Part shown: in pieces, positions 27,985 through 37,976 of the stretch | Position numbering within the stretch: position 1 is the first letter of the stretch | How the letters are laid out: every line of letters begins with the position of its first letter | Assembly: GCA_963751175.1 (NCBI GenBank) | Contig: CAVVTM010000035.1 | Location: 25,035 to 89,034 of the forward strand | DNA: 64,000 nucleotides | Origin: an uncultured Actinomycetes bacterium | GTDB lineage: Bacteria > Actinomycetota > Actinomycetes > Streptosporangiales > Streptosporangiaceae | Reading direction: 5' to 3' | Program-made: the position numbers and the translations under genes | Notes under the pieces: generated by a model | Told to the model about the DNA's origin: nothing | What the model saw: the letters and a program-made list of their open reading frames with translations, nothing else | Database searches by the model: none

Positions 27985-29613
27985 GTGGCAGGGAGGTGGC
28001 CAGTGCCCGGGAAGCTCACGCCGTACCAGCGCAAGCGGGATTTCACGCGCACGCCCGAGCCGGCCGGCCAGCCCGGCGGGGAGCCGTCCACCGGGGGGCG
28101 GCGGTTCGTCGTGCAGCGGCACCGGGCGCGGCGGCTCCACTATGACCTCCGCTTCGAGATCGGCGGCGTCCTGGCCAGCTGGGCGGTCCCGCGGGGTCCC
28201 ACCATGGACCCGGACGTGAAGCGCACCGCGGTGCACGTCGAGGACCATCCCCTCGAGTACCTCGACTTCGAGGGGGTCATCCCGCACGGCGAGTACGGGG
28301 CGGGTGACGTGATCGTGTGGGACCGCGGCACCTGGGAGCCGCACGCCACCGACGACCCGGCCGCCGCGGTGGCCGCCGGCGAGCTGCACGTGGACGTGCA
28401 CGGCGACAAGCTGCGCGGCCTGGTGATCCTGGTGCGCCGCGGCCGGGACGGCAACGGCGGGCCGGGATCCGAGCAGTGGCTGCTGGTGCACAAGCACGAC
28501 GAGTACGCCGTCACGGGCTGGGACCCGGAGGACCACCCCGCGTCGGTGCTCAGCGGGCGCACCAACGACCAGGTCAAGGCCGATCCGGAGCGCATGTGGC
28601 GGCCGGACCTGCCCGCTGCGTCGGCGTCGGTCCCGCTGCGGCCGGCCGTCGCCCCGCCGGCGGTCAGCCCGCCCAGCCCGGGTGAGCTGGCCGCGCTCGA
28701 CGCGCTCGGCGGCGGCGGTACCTGGGAGGTGTTCGGCCGCGCGCTGCGGCTGACCAACCTCGGCAAGGAACTCTTCCCCGGCCGCCCCGGGGAGCCCGCG
28801 GTGACCAAGCGCGAGCTCATCCGGTACGCGGCGCAGATCGCCCCGGTCGTGCTGCCCTACCTGGCCGGCCGCCCGTTCAACATGAACCGGTTCCCGGGCG
28901 GCGCGCAGTCCGCCGGGTTCTGGCACAAGCAGCTGCCCGACCATGCGCCAGACTGGCTGCCGCGCTGGCACGACCCCGGCGCCGAGCCCGGCAAGACCTC
29001 CACCTACCTGGTCGCCGACGAGCCGGCCGCGCTGGTGTGGGCAGCCAACTTCGGCGCCCTGGAGTGGCACGCCTGGACCTCCCGGGCCGACCAGCCGGAC
29101 CGCCCCAGCTACGCGCTCGCCGACATCGACCCAGGCCCGGCCACGTCGTGGGAGGAGGTACTGGTGCTGGCCCGGCTGCACCGTACCGCCCTGGAGCACC
29201 TGGGCGTGCGGGGCCAGCCGAAGCTCACCGGGAGGCGGGGCATCCAGATCTGGATCCCCGTCGCCCCGGGGCCCAGTTTCAGCGAGACCCGTGCGTGGGT
29301 GGAGCAGCTGTCCCGGGCGATCGGCGCGGTCGTGCCCCAGCTGGTGAGCTGGAAGTGGGACGTGCATGACCGGGGCGGGCTGGCCCGGCTCGACTACACG
29401 CAGAACGCCAGCAACAAGACCCTGGTCGCGCCGTACAGCCCGCGGGCCGCCGCCGGGGCACCCGTGTCCACCCCCCTGGAGTGGGACGAGCTGGAGGATC
29501 CGGCGCCCCGGCCCGATGCGTTCACGATCCGGGACGTCCCGGCCCGCGTGGCCCGGCTGGGCGACCCGTTCCGTACTGTGCTGGCCCCCCAGGTGCTTCC
29601 CCCGATCAGCTAA
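27985..29613 (+). CDS. ligD: LigD-type NHEJ protein with phosphoesterase + polymerase/primase domains (no ligase domain)
   Basis: PE domain 'YQRKRDFTRTPEP...RFVVQRHRARRLHYDLRFE...HVEDHPLEYLDFEGVIP'. Pol domain 'LTNLGKELFP...GRRGIQIWIPV...ARLDYTQNASNKTLVAPYSPR'. AGGAG lies 5 nt before GTG 27985. Confidence 0.85.
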   Translation: MAGRWPVPGKLTPYQRKRDFTRTPEPAGQPGGEPSTGGRRFVVQRHRARRLHYDLRFEIGGVLASWAVPRGPTMDPDVKRTAVHVEDHPLEYLDFEGVIPHGEYGAGDVIVWDRGTWEPHATDDPAAAVAAGELHVDVHGDKLRGLVILVRRGRDGNGGPGSEQWLLVHKHDEYAVTGWDPEDHPASVLSGRTNDQVKADPERMWRPDLPAASASVPLRPAVAPPAVSPPSPGELAALDALGGGGTWEVFGRALRLTNLGKELFPGRPGEPAVTKRELIRYAAQIAPVVLPYLAGRPFNMNRFPGGAQSAGFWHKQLPDHAPDWLPRWHDPGAEPGKTSTYLVADEPAALVWAANFGALEWHAWTSRADQPDRPSYALADIDPGPATSWEEVLVLARLHRTALEHLGVRGQPKLTGRRGIQIWIPVAPGPSFSETRAWVEQLSRAIGAVVPQLVSWKWDVHDRGGLARLDYTQNASNKTLVAPYSPRAAAGAPVSTPLEWDELEDPAPRPDAFTIRDVPARVARLGDPFRTVLAPQVLPPIS

Positions 29614-30440
29614 CGGAGGCCCGCGAAGAGATCGCCCTCGGGCACCGGGGCCCCGGTCGAGTCCATCGCCCGGATGAAGCTCTCCTCGCCGAACACCCGC
29701 TCGCCGAGCTCGGGCGGGATCTTGCTGAACCACGACTCACTGATCTGGCTGCCGTGCGCCATCAGCGCGGCCTGCTTGCGGGCCAGCACCGGGCGGATGT
29801 CGACGATGGTGGTGATGCGCTGCTCGGAGGCCTCCATCTGCTGCTGCGTCTCGGCGCTGATGCTGCTCCCGTCGGGCACGTCCGCGCCGGCCTCCTTGAG
29901 CGCGGCCCACAATTCCCGCCACTTGCTGATCGGCATCGCGGTCAGGTACAGCTTCGCGGGGATGCCGGTGCGCCGTACCGCCTTGGCCGCGGCCCGGCTG
30001 GCGTGCACATGGTCGGGGTGCTGGTACCCGCCGTCAGGGTCGTACGTGACGACGACCTGCGGCCGGTACCGCTCGATGAGGGCACCGATCCGGCCCGCCA
30101 CCACGTCCAGCGGCACGTTGCAGAACGCGTCCGGCCGGTCCTTGTAGTCCCACTCGACCATCCCGGAGTCGTGATAGCCGAGCAGCTCGAGGTCCGTGAC
30201 CTCCAGGTGCTTGGCGGACTCCCTGAGCTCAGCCAGCCTGATCTCGGCCACTTCCTGCTCGTCGTGGCCGTCACCACCAGGCTTGATCCCGCCGGGAGAG
30301 TCCCCGAACTCGCCGTTGGTGCAGGTGACCACGATCGTGCGGACGCCCTCGGCGCCGTACCGGGCGAGCACTCCGCCGGTGCTCGAGGCCTCGTCGTCGG
30401 GATGCGCGTGCACTGCCATCAGGGTCAGGTTGTCCGCCAT
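29610..30440 (-). CDS. PIG-L family deacetylase (Mca/MshB-like)
   Basis: 'LMAVHAHPDDEASSTGGVLARY...VVTCTNGEFG...YDPDGGYQHPDHVH'. Confidence 0.8.
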   Translation of the reverse strand: MADNLTLMAVHAHPDDEASSTGGVLARYGAEGVRTIVVTCTNGEFGDSPGGIKPGGDGHDEQEVAEIRLAELRESAKHLEVTDLELLGYHDSGMVEWDYKDRPDAFCNVPLDVVAGRIGALIERYRPQVVVTYDPDGGYQHPDHVHASRAAAKAVRRTGIPAKLYLTAMPISKWRELWAALKEAGADVPDGSSISAETQQQMEASEQRITTIVDIRPVLARKQAALMAHGSQISESWFSKIPPELGERVFGEESFIRAMDSTGAPVPEGDLFAGLR

Positions 30441-30624
30441 GGCACCAGCCTGCCCGACCGGGGCCCGCCGCGGCAGGCCGGCCCGCCGTTTCAGCCCGCC
30501 GCGTAACCCGCGGGCCCGGTGGTCTTAACCCGGTTCGTGACAATGGCCGCGCTGGCGCGGCTATCGTTGGTGGGCCGATCCGCGGAGCAGCTGTCCGCGG
30601 GACCCCAGCGGGAAAGGCCGGTCC

Positions 30625-32293
30625 ATGAGCCACGGCAGCATGCGCCGGACGAAGCGGCGATCCGTCATCATCGTGGTGGCCGTGGTGGCGGCCGTCGTGG
30701 TGGCGGGCGGCGCGGCGGGCGGCTACGTCCTGCTGACGCGTACCCAGGGCAGTCCCCAGCAGACCGCCGCCAGCTACCTGGGTGACTGGCAGCGGGGCAG
30801 CTACGCCGCGATGGGCAAGGTCAGCGTGAACGTGCCGCGCTCCGGCCTGGCCAGCCCGCTGCGGCAGACCGCGGCCGAACTCGGCCTGCGCCGCATTCAC
30901 CTGAGGCTCGGCCGGGTCACCGTGACCGGCGGATCGGCCCGGGCCCGGTTCACGGCCACCGCCGACCTGGCCAGCGGGCACACCTGGACGTATCCGGGGC
31001 AGCTTCAGCTGGTCACCCGGAACCGGCAGTGGCGGGTGGACTGGAGCCCGGCCGCCATCTATCCCCGGCTCCGGGCGGGCGAGCGGTTCGTGCAGAGCGC
31101 GGTCTGGCCTGCCCGGGCGGCGGTGCTCGCCTCCGACGGCACCGCGCTGAGCTCCCCCTCGGTACTCGCCCAGTCGGGTTCCGTCGCGCTGCTCACCGGC
31201 ACCGTGGTGGCCGCCACGGCGGCGCAGGCCAGGGCGCTCGGCGCCCCCTACCGGGCCGGTGACCTGATCGGCCAGGGCGGCATCGAGCAGGCGTACCAGG
31301 CTCAGCTGGCGGGCAAGCCGTCGCTGACCATCCGGCTCGAGGGACCTGGCAAGCGGGTGGACGCGACGGCCGCCCGCTTCCCGGCCACCCCCGGCAAGCC
31401 GGTGCAGACCAGTCTCGACATGCGGGACCAGATGGCCGCGTCGGCGGCCGTGTCCGGCGCCTCGACGTCGAAACCAGTCGACCTGGTGGCCATCCAGCCG
31501 TCCACGGGCAAGGTGCTGGCCGTCGTGGAGCGCCCGGGCGGGTTCGACCGCGCCCTGGCCGGCATTTTCCCGCCCGGCTCGACCTTCAAGGTGGTCACCG
31601 CCTCGGCCCTGGCCCGGAAGGGGATGCGCCCGTCCAGCACGGTGCAGTGCCCCAGCAAGGTCACCATCGGCGGCCGGACCTTCCACAACGACGCCAACGA
31701 GCACCTCGGCACGACCAGCCTGCAGACGGCGTTCGCGGTGTCGTGCAACTCCACCTTCGCCATGCTGGCCTACCAGCGGCTGGGCGGCGGCGCACTCGCG
31801 TCGATGGCCAGCCACGTTCGGCTTCAACAGCAACGCCAACCTGGGCATCCCCGCCACGCTCGGCAAGTTCACCACGCCGCGCCAGCCAGTGGATGTGGCC
31901 GCCGATGCCTTCGGCCAGGGCACGGACCTGGTCAACCCGCTCAGCCAGGCCAGCGTGGCCGCGGCCATCGAGGACGGCACCTGGCGGTCCCCGGTCCTGG
32001 TCACCAGCCCGCAGCCGCGGCAGGCGAAGTCCCACGCGATCAGCCCGGCCATCCTGGGCACGCTGCGGCCGATGATGCGGGCCGTGGTCACCAGCGGCAC
32101 CGCCGCCGGGGTCGGGTTCCCGGCCGGCGTGTACGGCAAGACCGGCACCGCGCAGTACGGCACGGGCACGCACTCGCACGGCTGGTTCATCGGCTACCGC
32201 GGGGACCTGGCCTTCGCGGTGCTGGTCGAGGGAGGCGGCTTCGGGGCGAACAGCGCGGGTCCGGTGGCCAACGCGTTCCTGCGCAAGCTCTGA
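30625..32293 (+). pseudogene. penicillin-binding protein (transpeptidase with NTF2-like N-domain), apparent 1-nt insertion near 31813-31819
   Basis: TM anchor, SxxK 'GSTFKVVT' and SxN 'VSCNSTF' lie in ORF 30625... After 'ALASMAS' the frame degenerates. The C-terminus with 'GKTGTAQYG...HGWFIGY' is in ORF 31889..32293. Confidence 0.8.
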
Positions 32294-32326
32294 CTCTCAC
32301 CCGCCGGCCGGGGGCGGCGCAGCGCC

Positions 32327-33040
32327 TCAGCCCTTGGCCGCGGGCGGCGCGGCGTAGCTCACGGTGACCCGCTGGAAGCCCAGTGAGTGCATCATGCTGG
32401 TGAGCATGCCGGTCGTATTCCGCTGCGCATCGGCGAGCAGGGCGCTCTGCCGGGCCGCCGTCTGGATCTTCTGCTGGGCCAGGATATAGACCTGCTGCTG
32501 GCTGTTCGGGTTGCCGGAGAAGAAGTTCCCGATCCGGTTCAGCAGCCCTTGCTGCTGGGCGAATACGTAGGACTGCTTGACGTTGAGCACGGCCGGCTCG
32601 AGCCGGGCCCGCGGCAGCCGGATCGTGACCGCCGCCCGGTTGGCCGAGACCTGGATGGCGGGGCTCTTCAGCTGGGAGAAGTTGACGTAGGCGATCTCGC
32701 TGCCCTGGCCGACGAACAGGGTCTGGCTGCCTTCCAGGAACGCCGGCAGCAGGTTCGCCTTCTGGGTCAGGTCCACCACGACCTGGAACGATCCGCTCGC
32801 CGCCTGGTAACGGCTCAGCGCGGTGATCGACTTGAGCAGCACGGGCCCGCTGCGCGCGGAGGTGGTCTCCCCGAACGGGTTGCGCAGCCGGGGCAGCAGG
32901 TTCACGGCGGCGAGCGCGACGATCAGCACGGCGACGGCCACGATGACGGCCGCGACCGCCACCAGTTTCCCCACGAGCCCGCCACCTCGCGGGTTGCGCG
33001 CTGACGTGTCTCGGTCCTCGGTCGTCATGATGCGTGTCAT
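32327..33040 (-). CDS. DUF4230-like membrane-anchored protein
   Basis: From ATG 33040: 'MTRIMTTEDRD...', a TM segment 'LVAVAAVIVAVAVLIVALAAV', then 'LLKSITALSRYQAASGSFQVVVDL...'. Confidence 0.6.
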   Translation of the reverse strand: MTRIMTTEDRDTSARNPRGGGLVGKLVAVAAVIVAVAVLIVALAAVNLLPRLRNPFGETTSARSGPVLLKSITALSRYQAASGSFQVVVDLTQKANLLPAFLEGSQTLFVGQGSEIAYVNFSQLKSPAIQVSANRAAVTIRLPRARLEPAVLNVKQSYVFAQQQGLLNRIGNFFSGNPNSQQQVYILAQQKIQTAARQSALLADAQRNTTGMLTSMMHSLGFQRVTVSYAAPPAAKG

Positions 33041-33266
33041 GGTCCTCCAAGCTACCCGTTGACCACCACCGGCCAGGCCAGCCAGGCCAGCATGGCCGAC
33101 CAGGCCCGCAGGGGCCGCGCTGCGGACCCCGTACCCCAGCGTGACCGACTCATTCCGGTACGCCCGCGGATCGGGACACTCACGGCACCAGCCTGCGGGG
33201 CGGACCGGCGGTGGCGGTGGTACCTGGTGGGCGGGAGCAGGCGGGCGCGCCTGAGCGGCGGGGCGG

Positions 33267-33683
33267 CTACCAGCCGTAGATGCGCACCGGAAGCTCGTGA
33301 GCCGGGATCTCATCGGGGCCGGGATAGGTGATCATGACGACTGTGTCGTCAGGGTCATGACCCTCCACCGCCATCACCCCGTCACTGCTGCGCGTCTCGC
33401 GGTGCGCGGAATGCGCCTTCAGCACCCGCTCGCAGCGCTCGAAATCCTCTTTCCCGTCGGCGGTCCAGATCACGTACTGCAGGCCGACGCCGCCCAGCGG
33501 ATGACCCGCGTTGCCGCCCATCGCACGGAGGAACAGCTGCGCTCCGCCCGGGCTGACCAGCAGCGCCGCGGTCGGGCTCTGGTCCGCCACCCGCATCGCG
33601 AGGAGCTCGGTGTAGAAGCTGACCGAGCGGTCCAGCCGCTGCACGAACATGACAGCCGAGCCAATCCGGGTACCGTGCGCCAT
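33267..33683 (-). CDS. VOC (glyoxalase/bleomycin-resistance) family protein
   Basis: From ATG 33683: 'MAHGTRIGSAVMFVQRLDRSVSFYTELLAMRV...GLQYVIWTADGKEDFERCERVL'. Confidence 0.65.
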   Translation of the reverse strand: MAHGTRIGSAVMFVQRLDRSVSFYTELLAMRVADQSPTAALLVSPGGAQLFLRAMGGNAGHPLGGVGLQYVIWTADGKEDFERCERVLKAHSAHRETRSSDGVMAVEGHDPDDTVVMITYPGPDEIPAHELPVRIYGW

Positions 33684-33737
33684 CCGCTGACCTTCCAATC
33701 CTGGTCGCTGGGGCCTGCACCGAGTCTTCCTAGGACT

Positions 33738-33848
33738 ACCCTGCCCGGTGCCGATGGCGATCTGGCCGCCCCGGTCGTTGCGGGCGGTGAAGCGGCCGGA
33801 CGTGACCCGGTCGATGGATATCCCGCGGTGTGCCGGATCAGTCGCCAT
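33738..33848 (-). pseudogene. possible N-terminal remnant of an OsmC/Ohr-family gene
   Basis: 'MATDPAHRGISIDRVTSGRFTARNDRGGQIAIGTGQG' resembles OsmC-family N-termini. The remaining 100 or so residues of the fold are missing, and a low-GC linker follows. Confidence 0.3.
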
Positions 33849-33852
33849 GCCG

Positions 33853-34743
33853 TCAACTCTGCCAGACTCCCCGGTGCAGCCAGCGGAGCAGGTCTGGCGG
33901 GGCCAGCTGGGCTGCCCGCCTCTGGTAGCCAGCCCGCTCACGCGGGCTGAGTACCTCCGCCCCCGCCCCCGAGCTACCCCGCCGGAAGAAGGCGGCGCTG
34001 CTCTTCAGGATGCCGGGCGGCCCGATGATGCTGTCGGCCCCAGCCCTCATCTCCTCGAACGTGGCGGCGCGGACCAGGTCCGGCCAGGCCCGCGCGGGCA
34101 CGGTGATCCCGAGCCGGCCGGCCAGGCGGCGCATCTCGCCGCCCAGGCCGGCCGACAGGTCGTCGTAGTGCGCGAGCACGATGTTCGGCTGGCCGCGCCG
34201 CGCCCAGGCGTCGGTGAGGTGCCACATCACGCCGGGCAGCGAGTCCAGCTGCTGCTGCGGGGTGGTGTCCTCATGGATCCAGCCGGTCAGCCAGTCGTGC
34301 AGCGGCGGCCGCGGCCCGCTGGGTTCGGGCTGGCCGGTGAGCCGCCGCAACCGGGCCCGGTCGATGTTGCTGCCCTGGTGGTAGAGGGACACGGCCATGT
34401 CGAGCGGATGCCTGGCCACGACGATGTAGGTGGCGCGCGGATCGACCGGGAGGCCGTCCAGGGGCGTGTGCGACTTGATGATCCGGCGGTGGGTCTGGGC
34501 GGCGAGCCGGGCGACCAGCTCCTCCCGCGGCACCGTGGTCCGGTCCAGCCAGGGTGACAGGACGCCGAGCGGCTCGGGCAGCTGCGGGGTCTGGAACACC
34601 AGCAGCGCGCAGATCATCTGCATCCAGGTGGTCCCGCTCTTGGACCGGGTGCTGATCACGATGTCACCGTCGCGGAAGGGGAACCCGGACCACCGGGCGC
34701 TGTCCTCGTCCGGGGACTGGTAGCGGACCGGGGCAGGAGGCAT
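33853..34743 (-). CDS. sulfotransferase family protein
   Basis: PAPS-binding loop 'ISTRSKSGTTWMQMI' and 'IIKSHTPLD...VARHPLDMAVS'. Confidence 0.8.
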   Translation of the reverse strand: MPPAPVRYQSPDEDSARWSGFPFRDGDIVISTRSKSGTTWMQMICALLVFQTPQLPEPLGVLSPWLDRTTVPREELVARLAAQTHRRIIKSHTPLDGLPVDPRATYIVVARHPLDMAVSLYHQGSNIDRARLRRLTGQPEPSGPRPPLHDWLTGWIHEDTTPQQQLDSLPGVMWHLTDAWARRGQPNIVLAHYDDLSAGLGGEMRRLAGRLGITVPARAWPDLVRAATFEEMRAGADSIIGPPGILKSSAAFFRRGSSGAGAEVLSPRERAGYQRRAAQLAPPDLLRWLHRGVWQS

Positions 34744-34785
34744 CCGACGATCGTAGGCGCGGCGGCCGCCACGGAACTATAGGTA

Positions 34786-34814
34786 TTGACTTATATAAGC
34801 AGTGCCTGTAATTC
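34786..34814 (+). promoter_or_regulatory. candidate promoter (TTGACT-17 nt-TAATTC) in the AT-rich divergent region before the ArsR gene
   Basis: Read directly. GTG 34822 lies 8 nt after the -10-like hexamer, which is compatible with a very short or absent leader. Confidence 0.3.
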
Positions 34815-34821
34815 TCGGGGA

Positions 34822-35193
34822 GTGCAAGCCTTCGAGGTGCTCGGTGACCCGGTCCGGCGCCGGATCCTGGAGCTGATCGCGGACGGCGAGATGACGTCCG
34901 GCGGGGTGTGCGGCGTGATCCGCGCCGAGTTCGGCATCTCCCAGCCCGCCGTGTCGCAGCACCTCAGGGTGCTGCGCGACAGCGGTTTCGCGACGGTACG
35001 GGCCGCGGGCACCCGGCGGCTGTACGCGGTGAACCCGGATCCGCTGCGTGAGGTGGCCGAGTGGCTGGATCCGTTCCGGCGCTTCTGGGCCCCGCATCTG
35101 GAGGCACTGGCCACGGAACTGGCCCGCGGGCGGCGGGAACGCCGGCCCGGCCGGGCGGGAGTTCCCCGCCCTGAACAGCCGCCGGTGGCGTGA
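34822..35193 (+). CDS. ArsR/SmtB family transcriptional regulator
   Basis: 'FEVLGDPVRRRILELIADGEMTSGGVCGVIRAEFGISQPAVSQHLRVLRDSGF'. I prefer start GTG 34822 over the TTG at 34786. Confidence 0.8.
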   Translation: MQAFEVLGDPVRRRILELIADGEMTSGGVCGVIRAEFGISQPAVSQHLRVLRDSGFATVRAAGTRRLYAVNPDPLREVAEWLDPFRRFWAPHLEALATELARGRRERRPGRAGVPRPEQPPVA

Positions 35194-35349
35194 CGCGGAC
35201 GTCGCGGCCGGCGCGGACGAAACCGCCGCCCAGGCTGCGGCCGACCGCACCACGGCCGCCTACAGCGGCGCACCCTCGGACGGCTGAGCGGCCAGCAGGC
35301 AGGACGAGGTGCGGCGGCTCCGGCCCTCGCCTGCCCGGCTCAGGCCAGC

Positions 35350-36297
35350 TCAGGCCGCAAGGTCGGAGTAATGACTGGCGTCGCCCTTGCGCACGATGCT
35401 GGTGTCGCCGTTGACCCCGACCGGGATGTCACCGGCGATCGTGATCCGGTGCAGCAGCCGGGGCTGGTCGTCGTAGTCGGCGACCGCGTAGTGCTGGGTG
35501 GCCCGGTTGTCCCAGATCGCGATGTCACCGGCCCGCCAGGTCCAGCGGACGGTGTTCTCGAGCCGGGTGATGTGCCGCTGCAGCAGGCCGAACAGGTCGT
35601 GGAAGTCGGTCGTGCCCAGGCCGGTGAAGGACCGGACGAAGTGACCGAGCAGCAGGGCCGGCTCGCCCGTCTCCGGGTGGATACGGACGACAGGGTGCTC
35701 GGTCTCGAACTCCAGGTGGCGGAACTCCTCCCGGTGCTCCTGTTCCCTGACGTCCATGCCGCCGATCTGCGGGCGCTCGGCCGCGTAGTCGTACAGGTTG
35801 GTGTGCACCGCCCGCAGCCCGCCGGCCAGCGCCCGCAGCGCCGGGTGCAGCCGCCGGTAGGCCTCGGCGGTGTTCGCCCACACGGTCGTCCCCCCGTAGG
35901 GCGGCAGCGTGATCGCGCGCAGCACGCTGATCGCCGGGACCCGGTCCACGAACGTCACGTCCGTGTGCCAGCTGTTGGCCTTGCCCTGCTCGGCGTCGAT
36001 GGGCAGCACCGCACCGCCGTCGCCGGCGACCGTGGGATGCGGCCTGGTGAGGGCACCCAGCAGCCGGGCGAAGGCCCGCTGGTCGGCGTCGGTGGCGTGC
36101 TGCTGGCCGCGCAGGAAGACGACCTTGTGCCGGAGCAGCGCGGCACGCAACTCGGCCACCGCGGCGGGGCTGACGTCACTGCCGATCCGGATGCCTCCGG
36201 CGACGGCACCGATCACCCCGCCCACCTGGGTGACGTCGATGTGCTGGTACGAGCCATGACTGCGGAGAGCCGCCGGATGGTCCTGGACGCTGGTCAT
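35350..36297 (-). CDS. TauD/TfdA family Fe(II)/2-oxoglutarate dioxygenase
   Basis: From ATG 36297: 'MTSVQDHP...'. '[36 protein letters not shown]' (HxD) and the distal '[10 protein letters not shown]'. Confidence 0.85.
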   Translation of the reverse strand: MTSVQDHPAALRSHGSYQHIDVTQVGGVIGAVAGGIRIGSDVSPAAVAELRAALLRHKVVFLRGQQHATDADQRAFARLLGALTRPHPTVAGDGGAVLPIDAEQGKANSWHTDVTFVDRVPAISVLRAITLPPYGGTTVWANTAEAYRRLHPALRALAGGLRAVHTNLYDYAAERPQIGGMDVREQEHREEFRHLEFETEHPVVRIHPETGEPALLLGHFVRSFTGLGTTDFHDLFGLLQRHITRLENTVRWTWRAGDIAIWDNRATQHYAVADYDDQPRLLHRITIAGDIPVGVNGDTSIVRKGDASHYSDLAA

Positions 36298-36455
36298 GCG
36301 ATGGCACCTTTCGGATGGCTGGTCCCCCGGGAACCGGTGCCGCCACCGCAGGGGCGGCCGCCCCGGGGCTCGTACCAGCAATCTGCGCCCGCCCACCGGC
36401 TAATGTCAAGTATTCCGATAGGTTAAATACGAAATAACGAGAACCGCTGCGCGGA

Positions 36456-36905
36456 TCAGGACCCGCCGGCAGGCTCGAGCACGAACACCGGGATCTCCCG
36501 GGAGGTCCGCTCCTGGTACTCGGCGTACGGGGGGAAGGCCGCGACCGCGCGCTTCCACCACTCGGCGCGCTCGTCCCCGCTCACCTCGCGGGCCACGAAG
36601 TCCCGTTTGACGGGCCCGTCCTGCAGCTCGACCTGCGGGTGGGCGCGGAAGTTGTAGTACCAGAACGGATGCGCCGGGGCACCGCCCTGGGATGCCACCG
36701 CCGCGTACCGGCCGTCGTGCTCGACCCGCATCAGCGGGGTCTTGCGCAGCTTGCCGGAGTGCGCCCCCCGGTTGGTGATGATCACCACGGGCAGGCCGGT
36801 GTCACGGAGCGTCGTCCCGCGCGTGCCACCCGAGCTCTCATATTCCTCCACCTGGTCCCGGACCCAGGCCGCTGTGCTTGGCTCGTATTCACCCTCGATA
36901 GGCAT
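36456..36905 (-). CDS. deazaflavin (F420H2)-dependent nitroreductase-family oxidoreductase
   Basis: From ATG 36905: '[61 protein letters not shown]'. Confidence 0.8.
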   Translation of the reverse strand: MPIEGEYEPSTAAWVRDQVEEYESSGGTRGTTLRDTGLPVVIITNRGAHSGKLRKTPLMRVEHDGRYAAVASQGGAPAHPFWYYNFRAHPQVELQDGPVKRDFVAREVSGDERAEWWKRAVAAFPPYAEYQERTSREIPVFVLEPAGGS

Positions 36906-36921
36906 ACCGTTAGTCAACACC

Positions 36922-37530
36922 ATGAAGCCTGCGGACCTGCGCGCGCATGACGCGATCCAGGCGGAGCTGACCCGGCTCGCCCGGTACGACGACCAGTCGA
37001 TCGTGCACGACAACTGGATCAGGCAGCGCTACGACTGCGGCTGCTACGCCAGCCTGATGCCGGCCCGGAAGGCCACCGTCGAGACCGCCTGGCACGAGGC
37101 CGGTCATGCGGTCGCCGCGCTCGCGGTGGGAGCACGCTTCAGCTCGGCCAGCATCCACCACAGCCCGGGCAGCGAAGGCCGCGTGCACGGCATCCGTGGC
37201 GGTGGCGAGCTGGCCTACGTGGTGGATGCGGCCGGGCAGATCGCACAGCGGCTCAGGGACTGGACCATGCTGGAGCGCGACGACGAGCTGCGCGCCTGGC
37301 TGCCTGGCTGGAAGAGCGACGGTGGTGACGCGCGGCACTTCCGCCAGGCCATCGCCGCCCCTTACGGCCGCGACGAGCTGGGCGCGTGGCGGCGCAGCGA
37401 GGAGGTGCTGATCCCGCTGCGGCTGCAGATCCGTGAGGTAGCGCGGGCCCTGCTGGTGCACCCGCGCCCGGTGCGCTACGACGTCGTGGCGGCGCTGGCC
37501 AGGGCGCAGGTTCTCAGGGAACGACGGTGA
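36922..37530 (+). CDS. stand-alone FtsH-peptidase-like (M41-like, HEAGH) putative metallopeptidase
   Basis: '[25 protein letters not shown]...GRVHG' resembles the FtsH protease-domain zinc site. There is no AAA+ module and no TM segment. GC3 is high from ATG 36922. Confidence 0.5.
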   Translation: MKPADLRAHDAIQAELTRLARYDDQSIVHDNWIRQRYDCGCYASLMPARKATVETAWHEAGHAVAALAVGARFSSASIHHSPGSEGRVHGIRGGGELAYVVDAAGQIAQRLRDWTMLERDDELRAWLPGWKSDGGDARHFRQAIAAPYGRDELGAWRRSEEVLIPLRLQIREVARALLVHPRPVRYDVVAALARAQVLRERR

Positions 37531-37951
37531 CGGGCCAGCGGCTGGCCCGGACCAGGTGCACGGCGAGGGAGCCGACGAAGCGGTGTCCGGCCTTGGTCGA
37601 GGCGCCCACGATCACCGCGTCGGCCTGGATCTCGCCGGCCAGCCGGACGATCTCGGCGAACGGGCTGCCGTCACGCTCGACGAAGACGATATCGATCCCG
37701 AGCCGCGCTCCCTGCTCCTCGGCGGTCTGCCGGAGCTCCGCCGCCACCGAGTCGTACGCCTCCTGCATGGAGGTAGCCGCACCCGCGCCGATCCCGGCGA
37801 CCGCGCTGAACGGCCGCACGTACAGGCAGACCAGCCTGGCCCTCTGCCGCCTGGCCATGCCCGCCGCGTACGCACCCGCGCGGAGCGAGGTATCCGAGCC
37901 GTCCACGGCGACCAGCAGCACGTCGGGCCCGTCCCTGTACTGATCCCTCAC
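37514..37951 (-). CDS. universal stress protein (UspA family)
   Basis: 'VLLVAVDGSDTSLRA...[35 protein letters not shown]'. Confidence 0.85.
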   Translation of the reverse strand: MRDQYRDGPDVLLVAVDGSDTSLRAGAYAAGMARRQRARLVCLYVRPFSAVAGIGAGAATSMQEAYDSVAAELRQTAEEQGARLGIDIVFVERDGSPFAEIVRLAGEIQADAVIVGASTKAGHRFVGSLAVHLVRASRWPVTVVP

Positions 37952-37976
37952 CCGGCCACGGTCTCACAGGGGGACG

